From: Chrysomallon squamiferum
Taxonomy: Eukaryota; Animalia; Mollusca
Direction of reading: 5' to 3'
Length of the DNA stretch: 64,000 bases
Assembly (NCBI GenBank): GCA_012295275.1
Contig: CM022671.1
Coordinates: 17,732,001-17,796,000 of the forward strand
Position numbers and translations under genes: made by a program
Notes under the pieces: generated by a model
Seen by the model: the letters and a program-made list of their open reading frames with translations, nothing else
What the model was told of the DNA's origin: nothing
Databases searched by the model: none
Part shown: one piece after another, positions 1 to 11,646 of the stretch
Layout: every line of letters starts with the position of its first letter
How positions within the stretch are numbered: position 1 is the stretch's first letter

Positions 1-78
1 TCGAAAAAAACCACTTTTAAATTTTAATTGGCTTGGAATTAATTGCCAACCAAAATCAAGTGTTTTATATCTAGTTTC

Positions 79-122
<44 letters not shown>

Positions 123-377
123 CATAGAACAGTTTTTATTTGACAGTCTTAAAGACTAGGAAGCAAGTTCTTACAATGTTACATACTTTTTTAACCTGGT
201 TTTATATATTTTTTTATTATTCATATTGTCTATTTATGTAATAATTATAGTAATACAGTTACAAATTAGTGGATTTGAATGTTGTTTAGTTTTATTATTA
301 ATATATTTCAGATTTGTACTCTGGCATATGTATTTCATTTAAATTTAATAATACTAATATTACACTGATTTCAAAAG

Positions 378-519
378 CCTCAGCAGAATGGGTTTGGGCG
401 AAAGCTACCTCAAAAGACAACATATCAACATAACAAAGTGCCAGGGATTTTGCTTGACAAGTTCAGAACTGCAGCTATGCGGGGAAATATTGACATCCTT
501 GATGAGTGTTTAAAGAAAG
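378..519 (+). CDS. ASZ1: ASZ1 exon (first in window)
   Basis: ...ILLDKFRTAAMRGNIDILDECLKKG; donor AG|GTATTT; an in-frame TGA at 366 bounds it; the acceptor could give a start of 378, 384 or 387. Confidence 0.78.
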
Positions 520-3500
520 GTATTTTTTATTTCTTTATTATTATACAATATTATGGATATATATACATATAATGATATATACTGATACAGTTTAAATACT
601 AGAAGAACTTTTTTTTTTTTTTTTCTAGTATTTAGACTAGTTGAACAGTATAAGAAATACTGTGTATATATGTTTGTAAATAACGTGTGTGCATGTGTGT
701 AGTGTATTTATTGTATTCTGAATTTTATTATAGTTAAGGCAACACTAATTATTAAAGTTATAATTTAATAAATTCTTGCAAACACCTTACTGGTTAAAAT
801 AATTTGCAATCATTTTCATTTTACATTTGATGGAGTAATTATAATCGTGACGCTGCCCCATAATTTTAAAAGTTTTATAATTTTTGGATGGCATTAGTTA
901 GAAATATTTATTTTCATACTTTTTGTAATTTGGGTCAGTATTTCTTTAGTCTGGATTTTCCATTTCAAATTAGAGATTTAGTTTATACATATTGGCAAGT
1001 AAGACATGCTATGTGCATCAGTAAAAAGAGCTAATCTAAAATTTATGAACTAGACAACAAAAGCTGCTGAAATACAAAGTGGAAAGAGAAACAGAGTTGA
1101 TGTAATGAATTTCTGATTCATTAGTCAAGTCAGGTCTAACATACATAATATCTAGATTGAATAAAATTTATAATTCATGATTACAATATTTATAATTGAT
1201 TAGATGGTCTTTACTTGTATTATAAATGTTAGTATTTATTTATGTCTGATAATACCTACTAAATGTTAATATTTCAAGTCTTTACATATGTTAATATGTG
1301 TAAAATATTTGTAATTCATTTATTTATGTCTGTTAATTTGATACTTAAATATTAAAATGATATCTAAATAGTATCAGGGACAAGACAATATAATTTTCCT
1401 GTGTATTTAATGTAGGAATTGATGTAAACAAGGTTCTTAGGTGTGGTTGGACAGCACTGATGTATGCCTCAACAGATTCCAATCCTTACGTGGTTCAGTT
1501 TCTTCTTGAACATGGAGCAGATCCTAATTTTCATAAAGGTAGAGCTTTTCTGTGATACCTCTCTGTTGTTTAACATCACAGTTACAGGTCCTAATTTTCA
1601 TATTGATGATAAAACTTTTCATCACTGTTATTTAGCATGACAGTTATACAGAAGAATTCATTGTTCTGTAACAAAATCCAGTTAGTGTTTTAGTATTACA
1701 CAATATTATAAAACTTCTTATTTCTTCAGTATTTCACAGTTCTTTGATACAGTACATCTCTTTATTAGATCACAGTCATTTGAACAATTCTGTTTAACAT
1801 AAAACTTTTTTTTCTTTTTTTTTAAAAACTATGCAGTAGTTGTCAACATAAGAAATTTTTTAACATAAACTGTTCTTTGTGTCAATGGTTTTTGATGCAA
1901 CACAGATCTACATATTTCATGTCTTGTATTAACAGATATGACTATACTTAGGTATGGAGCTAATTTGCAAATCAGATTGGAACTTGTGTTTATTAGTGAA
2001 CATATATATAATTATTATATAAAGAAGTTTTACTATTAGATTTTAGTACTGACAAAATCATTTTTAGATTTTTATTTTATTTTATTTTATTTTATATGAC
2101 TTTGTCTTTATTATTTTTTAATTTGTCACTTATTAATTATCAGTTGAGCTTTGTTAGTAATGATGATAATAATAGCTCAAATTTTATTATCTTGTTTATT
2201 GCAGATTTCTATACAGTTCTGATGGCAGCTTGTAAATCTACAAAAGATGAGAAAAAAGTTTTAGAATGTGTCTCAATGCTAATAGATAAAAAAGCAACAG
2301 TCAATGCTGAAGACAGGTAATACAGTCATTATGTTATCTTTACTACTTAAAAATAAATCATAATTAAGTGTTCTTATCAAAGTCATTCTAACTGTAGTAA
2401 GTAAATAAAATATATTTCTGCAAACATCAGTTTCTGTATTGCCATTACAGAAGCAATTAATTCATGTTGTATTGTTGATGATCCCTTGCTACAAGCAAAG
2501 ATTTCTTGTAAGATAGCTTCTAATTTTTATTTATTTTTATGTTTATTACACATAATAGAACATTATTCAAAGCATCAGATACTGAAGCCCCATATTTTTA
2601 TCTTCAATAAATCATTATATTAAATACTGATGGAGTAAGAATAATATCTCTCCCAGGCAAATTAAGTTTAACTGCATGTATACATTCATAACTGTAAAAC
2701 TTTCAAGGAATCATAAAGGAACACCATTAAAATTTGATTGGTCTTGAGAAGCTCATTATCATAATCCTTGAATTAATTATTTAAGTAAAACCAACAACAA
2801 ACACACCAAGAGATCATGAATATATACTTTTTCTTTACCGTGATAAATAAAATAATACAGTATTCTCTGTCAAACACAAATAGCATTTAAGAACTAGTTA
2901 AATCAGAAAAATAAAAAGTTATGTATCTATGTTAGTTTTAATATATGTATATTCTTCAGTCCACAATTTACTTGCAAGATGTGAAATTTAAAATATTTGT
3001 TACTTATAATAAATAAAAGTATTTAATTTTAACAAATATAGATGTGTGTATATATTTCAGATACCACATATCACCTCTGATATATGCAGCAAGAGAAGGT
3101 CACACTTCTGTTGTTGAAAAGCTGATAGAAAATGGGGCTGATGTTAACAAACAGGATTCTCGGGGATATACAGTGAGTATTACCTAGCTGTCTGTAATCA
3201 GTCTCTGTACTAATTTTATTACTGAAATTAATTCTGATCTACTTTCACTAGGGTGTAAATAAAATTGTGCTTTTAATTCTAATTAATAAATTCTTTCACA
3301 TGTTGCATCTTTCATTTGTTTAACAATCCTATTTTAATATTTATTTTTATTTAGCAGCCATATCCCAACTCTTTATAACTGGGAAGTTTAAATTAAAATA
3401 AATAATTATCAAAATTAAGTATTCAAATATTATTTGGTGAACCTATACATTTTATTACAGCTTCTTGTTCTACATATCATGTGACTTATTACAGAGCATT

Positions 3501-5750
3501 ACAAAAACACTTCATATACTTGATAATATTAAGTTATTTTATTCATTTACCAGCAATTAAATTTTTTATAAAAAGAATTAGCCATTTTCTTTAGTGTGAT
3601 ATTGTCACATGTATTCCTATCACTCAATCCTCACTACTTTTGATGACACCTTTCACAAAAATGTATTGCCATCCCAGTCTTTATTCTTTTCATTAAAATA
3701 TCAGTTGTCTGTATATTATTATATCTTAACAGAATATGATTTTTAACTTAGGCGCTTTCTTGGGCCACTCAACGAAAACAGAAGGGTGTCATTAAGTTAC
3801 TGCTCCAACATGGCGCTGATCCAGCTCTCAAACATACTGATGGTCTTGTTGCCAAAGATTTAGCTTTAGGAAACACAGAGGTATGTTTTGTGTTAAAAGA
3901 CATCTCACAAATATTGTAACAAATAGTGAGAATACCATTTTTATCTCCCCTCTGTGATTAACCTTTTTTTGTTTTTGTTGAAGAAGAATCTTTTTTCAGT
4001 GCAGTTTATAGTGATAAAGTATAACTTTACTAGACAAATAAATGAAAATTGTTACTAAATTTATCTGAAGTCAAAATTATTTTAATTGTTACATAAATTT
4101 ATTTATAAAATCATGTTATTGAAGAAGAATGTTTTTTTTAATCATGATAAAGTATAACCTTACTAGAAAAGTAAATGAGAATTGTTACTATATTAATATG
4201 AAATCAAATTATTTGTTACATAAATATATTCATAAGTATATATATATGTAAAAACACACACATATATTAGTATAATGTATTGTGTTGCTAATAATTCAAA
4301 TATGTAATATATTTGTCTTTTTAATTTCATATGTGTATAACTAAATTATATTTTTCTACAGACAATAAAGATTTCTGCATAAATGTTTACACATATATAT
4401 ATATATATATTGCAGATTATTTCTTTGCTGGAAGGCTGTTCCACAAGAGACTGTTTATCCAGTGAAATTACAACAATAGTCGACTCTCAGAATGAAATGG
4501 AAGACAGTACAGACAGGTATAAGTGGTACAGGTGAAAAATGGTTATATTAATGTATTTGAAAAAACCCAGAACCAAAACAGCATGGAACTGGTCTAACCC
4601 ATGAGTGATAAAAATAGAATAACATGATTAAACTGATGAAAAGTGTTTGTCATATTTAACTTTACACTTAAAACATGTTAAATACATCAAACCCTTTAGA
4701 AATCTTCGTCTTTAAACATTTTAGATATTGTCATAGAGATAAAATAACAAAGATCAAGGGAACAGCAATGGTTCTTTTAGTGAAGGGAAATAACTTCGGT
4801 TGACTGTAAACTTGTTCACATTTTAAAGAACTACATTACAATCAGAAAGTGTTTAAGTTTTTAGCATTGCAATGACGTACAGAACATGGATCAGTTTTAA
4901 TCCATAGTTTAATAGATTTGTTGCCATCTGTTCCTTATTTTCAACATTTTCAGTATTCACTGGATTATAATTATATACAGATAAATCATGGCAAATGCTT
5001 GTTCTTCCTAATTTGATAATTTTTGATTATTTCAACATTTTTGTGTGAAATAGGAGGTGTGTGATGTAATGTGGTAGTGCTCATGTAGTAACGCATATTG
5101 TAAAATGTGAAGATAAAACCATACAGTGCAGGAAACAATAAGTAATTCTGTTAATGTCCATTTTTAGCATACTTGGCATTATTTAAATTTTTCTTGGCAT
5201 ATAAACTATATTTTTATATATAAATTATTTCATGTATCTGTGTGTGTATTTATATATATATATATATATAAAATACTCTTTTTCTAGTTATAAACAATCT
5301 GAAACTTGTCATGGTGAAGTGGAAGTCTTTCTCTATGGCCTTGACCTTGGTTCTCTTGTACCTCTCTTTCAAAAACAACATGTCAACTTTGAAACATTTT
5401 TACGAATGACAGAGCAGGACTTAATTAATGTAAGTGTTTATGTGAATATATAGATCTATATATGTTTTAAATCATTCTCTCTCTCATTTTTTTTTCTGTT
5501 AACAATTTGTGTAAATGTCTGTGTATCTTTCTCTTTCTCTCTCTCACTCTCTCTCTTTGTCAGTGTCACTTTCTGTATCTATCTGTCTATCTCTATTGCA
5601 AAATAATACAGTGTTAAAAGTTAGAGAAAAAGGATAGCATATTTAATAGCCTATTACTTATTATATATCACTGCTAAATTCTGCTAAATTCGAATAAAAT
5701 AAAAACCTTGGTATATGTTTATTCAGGCCAACTGTACCTGAAATCACTCT

Positions 5751-5784
<34 letters not shown>

Positions 5785-6421
5785 GTTTATTTAAACAAAT
5801 AATAAACAAAACTTAACAGCTCATTCTTACACAATCACATCAAAACAAACAGACAGCCCCCAAAAAAAAAAATTAAAAAATCCACAAAACATCTGTATCA
5901 TTTTTTTTTTTTGTTGTTGTTGTTTTCCCCCCTTACTCCTGGAGTTATCTTCTCCCATTAAAATGCCATTCCATTATTTTGGGGTTATTGCTTTTCAATC
6001 CATGTTTCCTTCAGATGAAAATTGCAGAGATTGGGTGGCGAAAGAAGATTTTGGACGGCATCCAGGCAGTTCACAAAAAGGACTGGGAGGCCACAAGTCT
6101 GTTATCAGCTCAGTACAACAAACACATTGGGTAGGTATCAGTGTGTGTGTGTGTGTGTGTTTGTTGTTTGTTGTTTCTGTGTATATATAGCTCTGTCTGG
6201 GCTAGTTAGCACAGCCAGTTGATGAATCGGTGTCAGAGATTAAATTCAACTTGTCAGAGAGAACGGTGCTGAAAAAATAAATTGACGGTTTGTTTTGAAA
6301 CTTAATTAGCATTATTTAAAAATGTGTGTTTTCCTCCTTTTGTTTTCCTTGTTTCATTCTTTTTCTATGTTTTCTTTATCTTTGTTTTAAATTTTTTTCT
6401 AATTTTTTTTTTTTTATTATT

Positions 6422-6458
<37 letters not shown>

Positions 6459-6774
6459 CACTATTTAGTTTAGTTTACTTAATGTTTCTTAGTTTCTACT
6501 GCAGTTATCATTCAGATGATATTAATTTTGGGCAGCAAGCTGAATGGCATGTTATCTTCAAAATCTTATCTAGGCTGTATTGCTCTATTTAATAAAACAT
6601 TTATTTCACTTTCAGATGTGCTGATGCCATAGCAATGGTGGCTAACATATCTAAACACCTGCGTTACATTGGAATTACTGTTGGTTACATCAACGATCAG
6701 ATACAAGTTCATCCCGAGATACTCTCAGAAGTCAAAGTAAGCTGTGTATTAAAAAACAAAACCAAAAAAAACAA

Positions 6775-6841
<67 letters not shown>

Positions 6842-7203
6842 CATCATTCTCTCTGACACATATTAAAAAATAAAGAAAAACAATTTTTGAAAATATTTAA
6901 AAATCCAGTCAACTGTACGTGTTATTTTTTGTTTAATTATGAAAAATATATCAAATGAAGATTTGGGCAGTGTGCAGCTTGTAATTCACTGTAAGTATTC
7001 TGGAGGTGCTAATTCATACGAGTTATAAACATTAAAATGTTGTGAAATAAATAATATTGACTCAAAAAGATTAAAAACAAAAAAAATTTAAAATGATGAA
7101 GAAGATTAAAGAAAGGTACTCTCAAATATTTCCTGTAATTAGAACATTTTTTTTTTTAATCAAATTCATTCTTTTCATGTTTAGATAATATTTATTTTAT
7201 TTG

Positions 7204-7234
<31 letters not shown>

Positions 7235-9628
7235 GTAGCAAATTTTTAAGTTGGTTAAGTGCTGTTATTTGTAACTGTTTCTCTATATATTGTAAACAGA
7301 ACCCTAAAACCTAAAGGTTTATTTCTATGTTTTAATTTAAATATTTATGTACTGGCTGACATTCTTTCTGAATATTAGCTCCAACAGTAACCTGTTCTTA
7401 CTGCCTTAATCACACAACCTGCAAATAAAACTGAAGTCCTTTTATGAAATCAAATATAAGTATAACCACTGTGTTGTATAATTTCCCAGCAAGGTGGAAT
7501 AGCATTAATTTCAAAGCCTTTGCTAATTACAGTATTATTAGACTTTATAGTTAAAAATTAGTTTTAATTACAAAAGAAATAAAGTAAAATGATAATGGTT
7601 GGCTGTTGAACTGACTGAAAAATATAATTAAATAGTGAAATATTAAACAGACAGACATCTATAGCATTTATAGATTATATATCTTTTATTACTTAATACT
7701 TATCATCATTATCATCAACATCATCGTCATAATCTGTTTCAAAATTAAGTTACTCTGACCTGCTAGATATTTATCAGTAAGAGTAATTTGTATGGGTGAG
7801 AATCTTGCAAGGTATCTATAACACGACATGCAGTCACATACATTAAAATGTGCATGTGGAATTTCACAGCCAGTCTTTCAGATGGCCTCTGTCATAACCC
7901 ACATTTCATTCCATTTACAAGTCGGTTGGGTTCACTGAGATTTAACAATTTAATTTCCATATCAAGCAAGCAGCAACTGATATGCCCAGACTTCTGAATG
8001 AATCAGTGCTTGTCTTATGACATTTCACACATTTTCAGTATTAATAGCAATATTGTGTCACAAATAAATGTGTGAATATGATATGACAGAAATGTTTCAT
8101 TGATGGCATGCCATAGACTGCTGGTTTGCAGTAACGATAAGATTTTTTGTTTGTGTATTGGATATTTCAGTTGTTTTTTTTTTTTTTTTTTTAATTTTTT
8201 TAAATTTAGTTATTTAATTGTTTATTAGAAAAGATTTTCTCATTTATTTATTAATATCTCACAAGATTTTTTTTTTTTTTTTTGAAAAGTTGTTTATTTT
8301 TACTTATTTTTTAGCTTGAGTTGTTTATTTATTTATTTATTTATTTATTTATCAGTTTGAATTAATTAGAAATTTATTTTCTTTAGCTTCAATCTAAACT
8401 GTTTTTGTTTCATTTTCTTTTGACAAATTTTTTTTTCTTCTTCTTCTTTTTTTTTCTGTTTACTTATTATTACAAATTCCATTATTCTTTTTTCCAAAAA
8501 AATTATCATCACATTCTCATAATCACCTCACAAGCCGAACTATTACAAACCAACCCTCTTTTGGCTTGCACCCAGATTTTTTTCTTTTTTATTCATTTTT
8601 ATTTTTTAACATTAAACACAAAAGCTGTGCGTTTGATTTTTGAACACGGTTGGTGATTTGTCATTGTCAGTGTAAGACACGTCATTTAGATCCACACAAT
8701 TGTTGTAGCATTTTGTCAGCTTGCACTCAATCAAGTGACTATCCCTGATAGACCACAGGTATTCTCAGTAAATAGCCTGTCAGTCAAGAGGCAGCCAACA
8801 GAAAGTCGACAACTGATTCATGCACCAGTCCTGTGCGGTGTGCGTTTCAGTGCTTGATGGAAATAATGAAAACAGCTGTTGTTAATAACACTTCATATTG
8901 TGATAATTATAAAACATAAATGAATTTTTCTCAAAGAAGATTGGGGAAAAAAAATGTATAATAATAATAATATAGAATAGAATGTTTTTGAGCATTGTTT
9001 GAATTGTGTTAATGTAGTTTAAGTCTATTATGTATGAGTTATGATTTTTTTTATTTTTTTTTTATTATTAATATTATTATTGGGGTTTTTTTTTGGTTAT
9101 TTATATATAATTATTATTAAGTTTTTCTTTATATGTCGTTTTTTTTCTTTTCTTTTTATTATTATTATTATTAATGTTGTGATTGTTTTTTTGTGTATGT
9201 TTGTATGTGTAACACTATACAAGCACTGCTAATCAAAGTATTTTATAAAATAATATATACATCCTTCAAAAAATATATATAATGTTATCACAGTAAATTA
9301 GTATTTAATGAAGTGTTGACAAAATCTGTTTATGTTATGGAAACAGAGTCAAATATTGCATTTCAGTAGACACACTAGTAATTTGATCTGTGAAAAAGTT
9401 CAGGTGCACTGAAAGAAATGACAGGCATGATTGTATAGTTGAGATACATCTGAAAGCTGAATGAATTAGATTCATTTTAGTAGATTATGAGAAAAAAAAA
9501 CAAAAAAGTACATAGTGAAATCCATAGCTGGATTTCAGGTAAAAAGTATTTTTATGACGCAAGCAGTAGAAAAGACAACTTATGATAATTACTACAATAA
9601 CAATGTTAGTTTTCATACAAAATTAGAC

Positions 9629-9695
<67 letters not shown>

Positions 9696-11646
9696 GCCAT
9701 TATTATTAGTATTATTATTTTGAATGATGTATTAGTTTGTGAGTGTCGTGTGTGTGTGTATCTGTCTATGTGTGCATGTTTGTGGTTGATATATATATAT
9801 ATATATATATCTATGACAGGATATAAGCTACTGTTATCAGTATGCAGTAAATAATCATTTATATTCACCTTCCATCAAACAGTAAACTAGTAAGACTGCC
9901 AAATGACATTAGAATGAAATGACAGACATGTTTGTACACTGAGCTATATCTGTCATATTACTTATTTATTTTTTCATTTTGGGTCTGATTGAATTGATTT
10001 ATTTTTCTTTTTCACTTTTTTCGGGGTTTTTTTTTTTCTTTCTGTCTTTGGTCAAATTTACAATGCTGAAGATAGGCATAAAAGTATGTGTGTGCCCCCA
10101 CTTACAGAACATGAATTCATTATATTAATCCTGTCTGCAGATGTGTGTAAGAGTTTGTTTAAGACAGCACAACTGAAAACATTTGTTTTCAGTTCATTTC
10201 TTTCCTGTTGTTTCAGTGCAGTGGTTAAACATTTACAAGAACATACTTTTTAGTGTATGGTGTATTTAAAGAGAAAATAGTGTCTATTGGTCTAATAGCT
10301 CATTTCTGTTGGCACTAAGTTAATGGTGATTTCAGTGCTTGTCATGGTAATGCATGATGGTCATATATCTTTATTAAAAATATTGTATTTTATTAAATAT
10401 AAATATATATGAATAATTATCAGTGAATCAGTTTCATCATTTTGAAAAAGTTCAGTTTCAGTGCCTCTCATGGTTACATATAGTGACCCTATATCATTAT
10501 CAAAAGTAATTGTGTTTTATTAAAAGTAAATATATATTGATAAAAAAAAAATATATAGTGAATAACTGACAGAATTTGAGTTCAGGAATAACTAATAATA
10601 AAATATCTCACTTCATTGCCATATTTGTTCAATTAAAATATACAAATATTTTCTGCTTTTCTACATGGTTGCTCTTACTCTGCTAATAATAAAATATATC
10701 AGTAAAATTAGATGCAATGAAGCCAGTTATTTTTTTTTCTACTTCTGTTTAGTGACAGAAGTATATTTAATTATTTTAGGCATTCCAGTGATAATTATAT
10801 TGTTTTATGTTGACTCTGTTTGTTTTGTTCTTTCCAGGATGGAACAGGACCAATACAGTTTACAAGACACATGGAAGATGTAGTTATTAATGTAGATAAA
10901 CTCTCCAAGGAGGTGGACAAACTTCAGAGAAGACTGAATGTGGTTGGTTTTTTATTTTACTTCTTTAAACTGTTTATTATTATTTCTATTTTTTTATTTT
11001 TTATTTTTTATTTTTTATTTTGTTTTTCATTTTATTATATTGTCTTATTTATATATATAACTCTCTTCTTTTTTATTTTTGTTTTGTTAATAATTTAATA
11101 TAACAAAAATATATTTATTTTTAAAAATCAAAATTCAAAACAAAAATAGCTTATGTTGTGTTACTGTATAAAAACAACTGCTGTTACTATTAATTACTGC
11201 TATCACTACTGCTGACATGACAGCATAATAATGCATAACATCTTTCCTCCACATCATTTTATGACTTAATATCTTGTTTAGAGATTGTTGTTGTTTGTTT
11301 GGGGTTTTTTTTATCTTTTCTTTTTTTTTCCAATTTACAAACCAGTCTTGTTCAAAGTGCTGTAGTATAAAAAATAAATTTTATAAAAACAAAGTAAATT
11401 CATTAGTTTTTAAAGTTTTTTTTTACTTTTCAGGAACTAGATGGTCGAGAACTTGATCCACCAGATGTGATACAGAAACGAAGAGGATCTAAGTGGCCCA
11501 AGAAAACATTAACATTTCTGTCATTGACTGTGATAGGCATAGCCACACTGTTATGGAAAAAAGACCTTTTCTCAAAAAAAATTTTGTTCTATGTTGGTGA
11601 AATACCCATGATAGCACAGCAGTACAGTTATGATTCAGTTAAATGA
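378..11646 (+). CDS. ASZ1: Ankyrin repeat, SAM and basic leucine zipper domain-containing protein 1 (GASZ, piRNA pathway); 5'-partial, 11 coding exons in window, about 471 aa
   Basis: Exons 378-519, 1416-1538, 2205-2316, 3061-3172, 3752-3880, 4416-4516, 5288-5429, 6015-6130, 6616-6736, 10838-10942, 11434-11646 splice in frame with GT-AG introns. The protein has ankyrin repeats (GWTALMYAS, SPLIYAAREGH, GYTALSWA), a SAM domain (GEVEVFLYGLDL...RKKILDGIQ), a coiled coil and a C-terminal TM anchor. The first exon lies upstream of the window. Confidence 0.93.
1416..1538 (+). CDS. ASZ1: ASZ1 exon, ankyrin repeat
   Basis: GIDVNKVLRCGWTALMYASTDSNPYVVQFLLEHGADPNFHK; tgtag| and |gtagag. Confidence 0.92.
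2205..2316 (+). CDS. ASZ1: ASZ1 exon, ankyrin repeat
   Basis: DFYTVLMAACKSTKDEKKVLECVSMLIDKKATVNAEDR; ttgcag| and |gtaata. Confidence 0.92.
3061..3172 (+). CDS. ASZ1: ASZ1 exon, ankyrin repeat
   Basis: YHISPLIYAAREGHTSVVEKLIENGADVNKQDSRGYT; tttcag| and |gtgagt. Confidence 0.93.
3752..3880 (+). CDS. ASZ1: ASZ1 exon, ankyrin repeat
   Basis: ALSWATQRKQKGVIKLLLQHGADPALKHTDGLVAKDLALGNTE; cttag| and |gtatgt. Confidence 0.92.
4416..4516 (+). CDS. ASZ1: ASZ1 exon, linker
   Basis: IISLLEGCSTRDCLSSEITTIVDSQNEMEDSTD; phase-compatible with both neighbours; alternative in-frame donor after 4531. Confidence 0.82.
5288..5429 (+). CDS. ASZ1: ASZ1 exon, SAM domain N-half
   Basis: YKQSETCHGEVEVFLYGLDLGSLVPLFQKQHVNFETFLRMTEQDLIN; ttctag| and |gtaagt. 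Confidence 0.92.
6015..6130 (+). CDS. ASZ1: ASZ1 exon, SAM domain C-half
   Basis: MKIAEIGWRKKILDGIQAVHKKDWEATSLLSAQYNKHIG; cttcag| and |gtaggt. Confidence 0.9.
6616..6736 (+). CDS. ASZ1: ASZ1 exon
   Basis: CADAIAMVANISKHLRYIGITVGYINDQIQVHPEILSEVK; tttcag| and |gtaagc. Confidence 0.9.
10838..10942 (+). CDS. ASZ1: ASZ1 exon, coiled coil/zipper
   Basis: DGTGPIQFTRHMEDVVINVDKLSKEVDKLQRRLNV; ttccag| and |gttggt. Confidence 0.87.
11434..11646 (+). CDS. ASZ1: ASZ1 last coding exon with C-terminal membrane anchor
   Basis: ELDGRELDPPDVIQKRRGSKWPKKTLTFLSLTVIGIATLLWKK...SVK*; hydrophobic helix flanked by basic residues. Confidence 0.88.
   Translation, partial: ELDGRELDPPDVIQKRRGSKWPKKTLTFLSLTVIGIATLLWKKDLFSKKILFYVGEIPMIAQQYSYDSVK

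Noticed and set aside
10061-10080. CAATGCTGAAGATAGG resembling the end of ASZ1 exon 2205-2316
   Set aside because: Only about 16 nt with no flanking similarity; insufficient for a duplicated exon.
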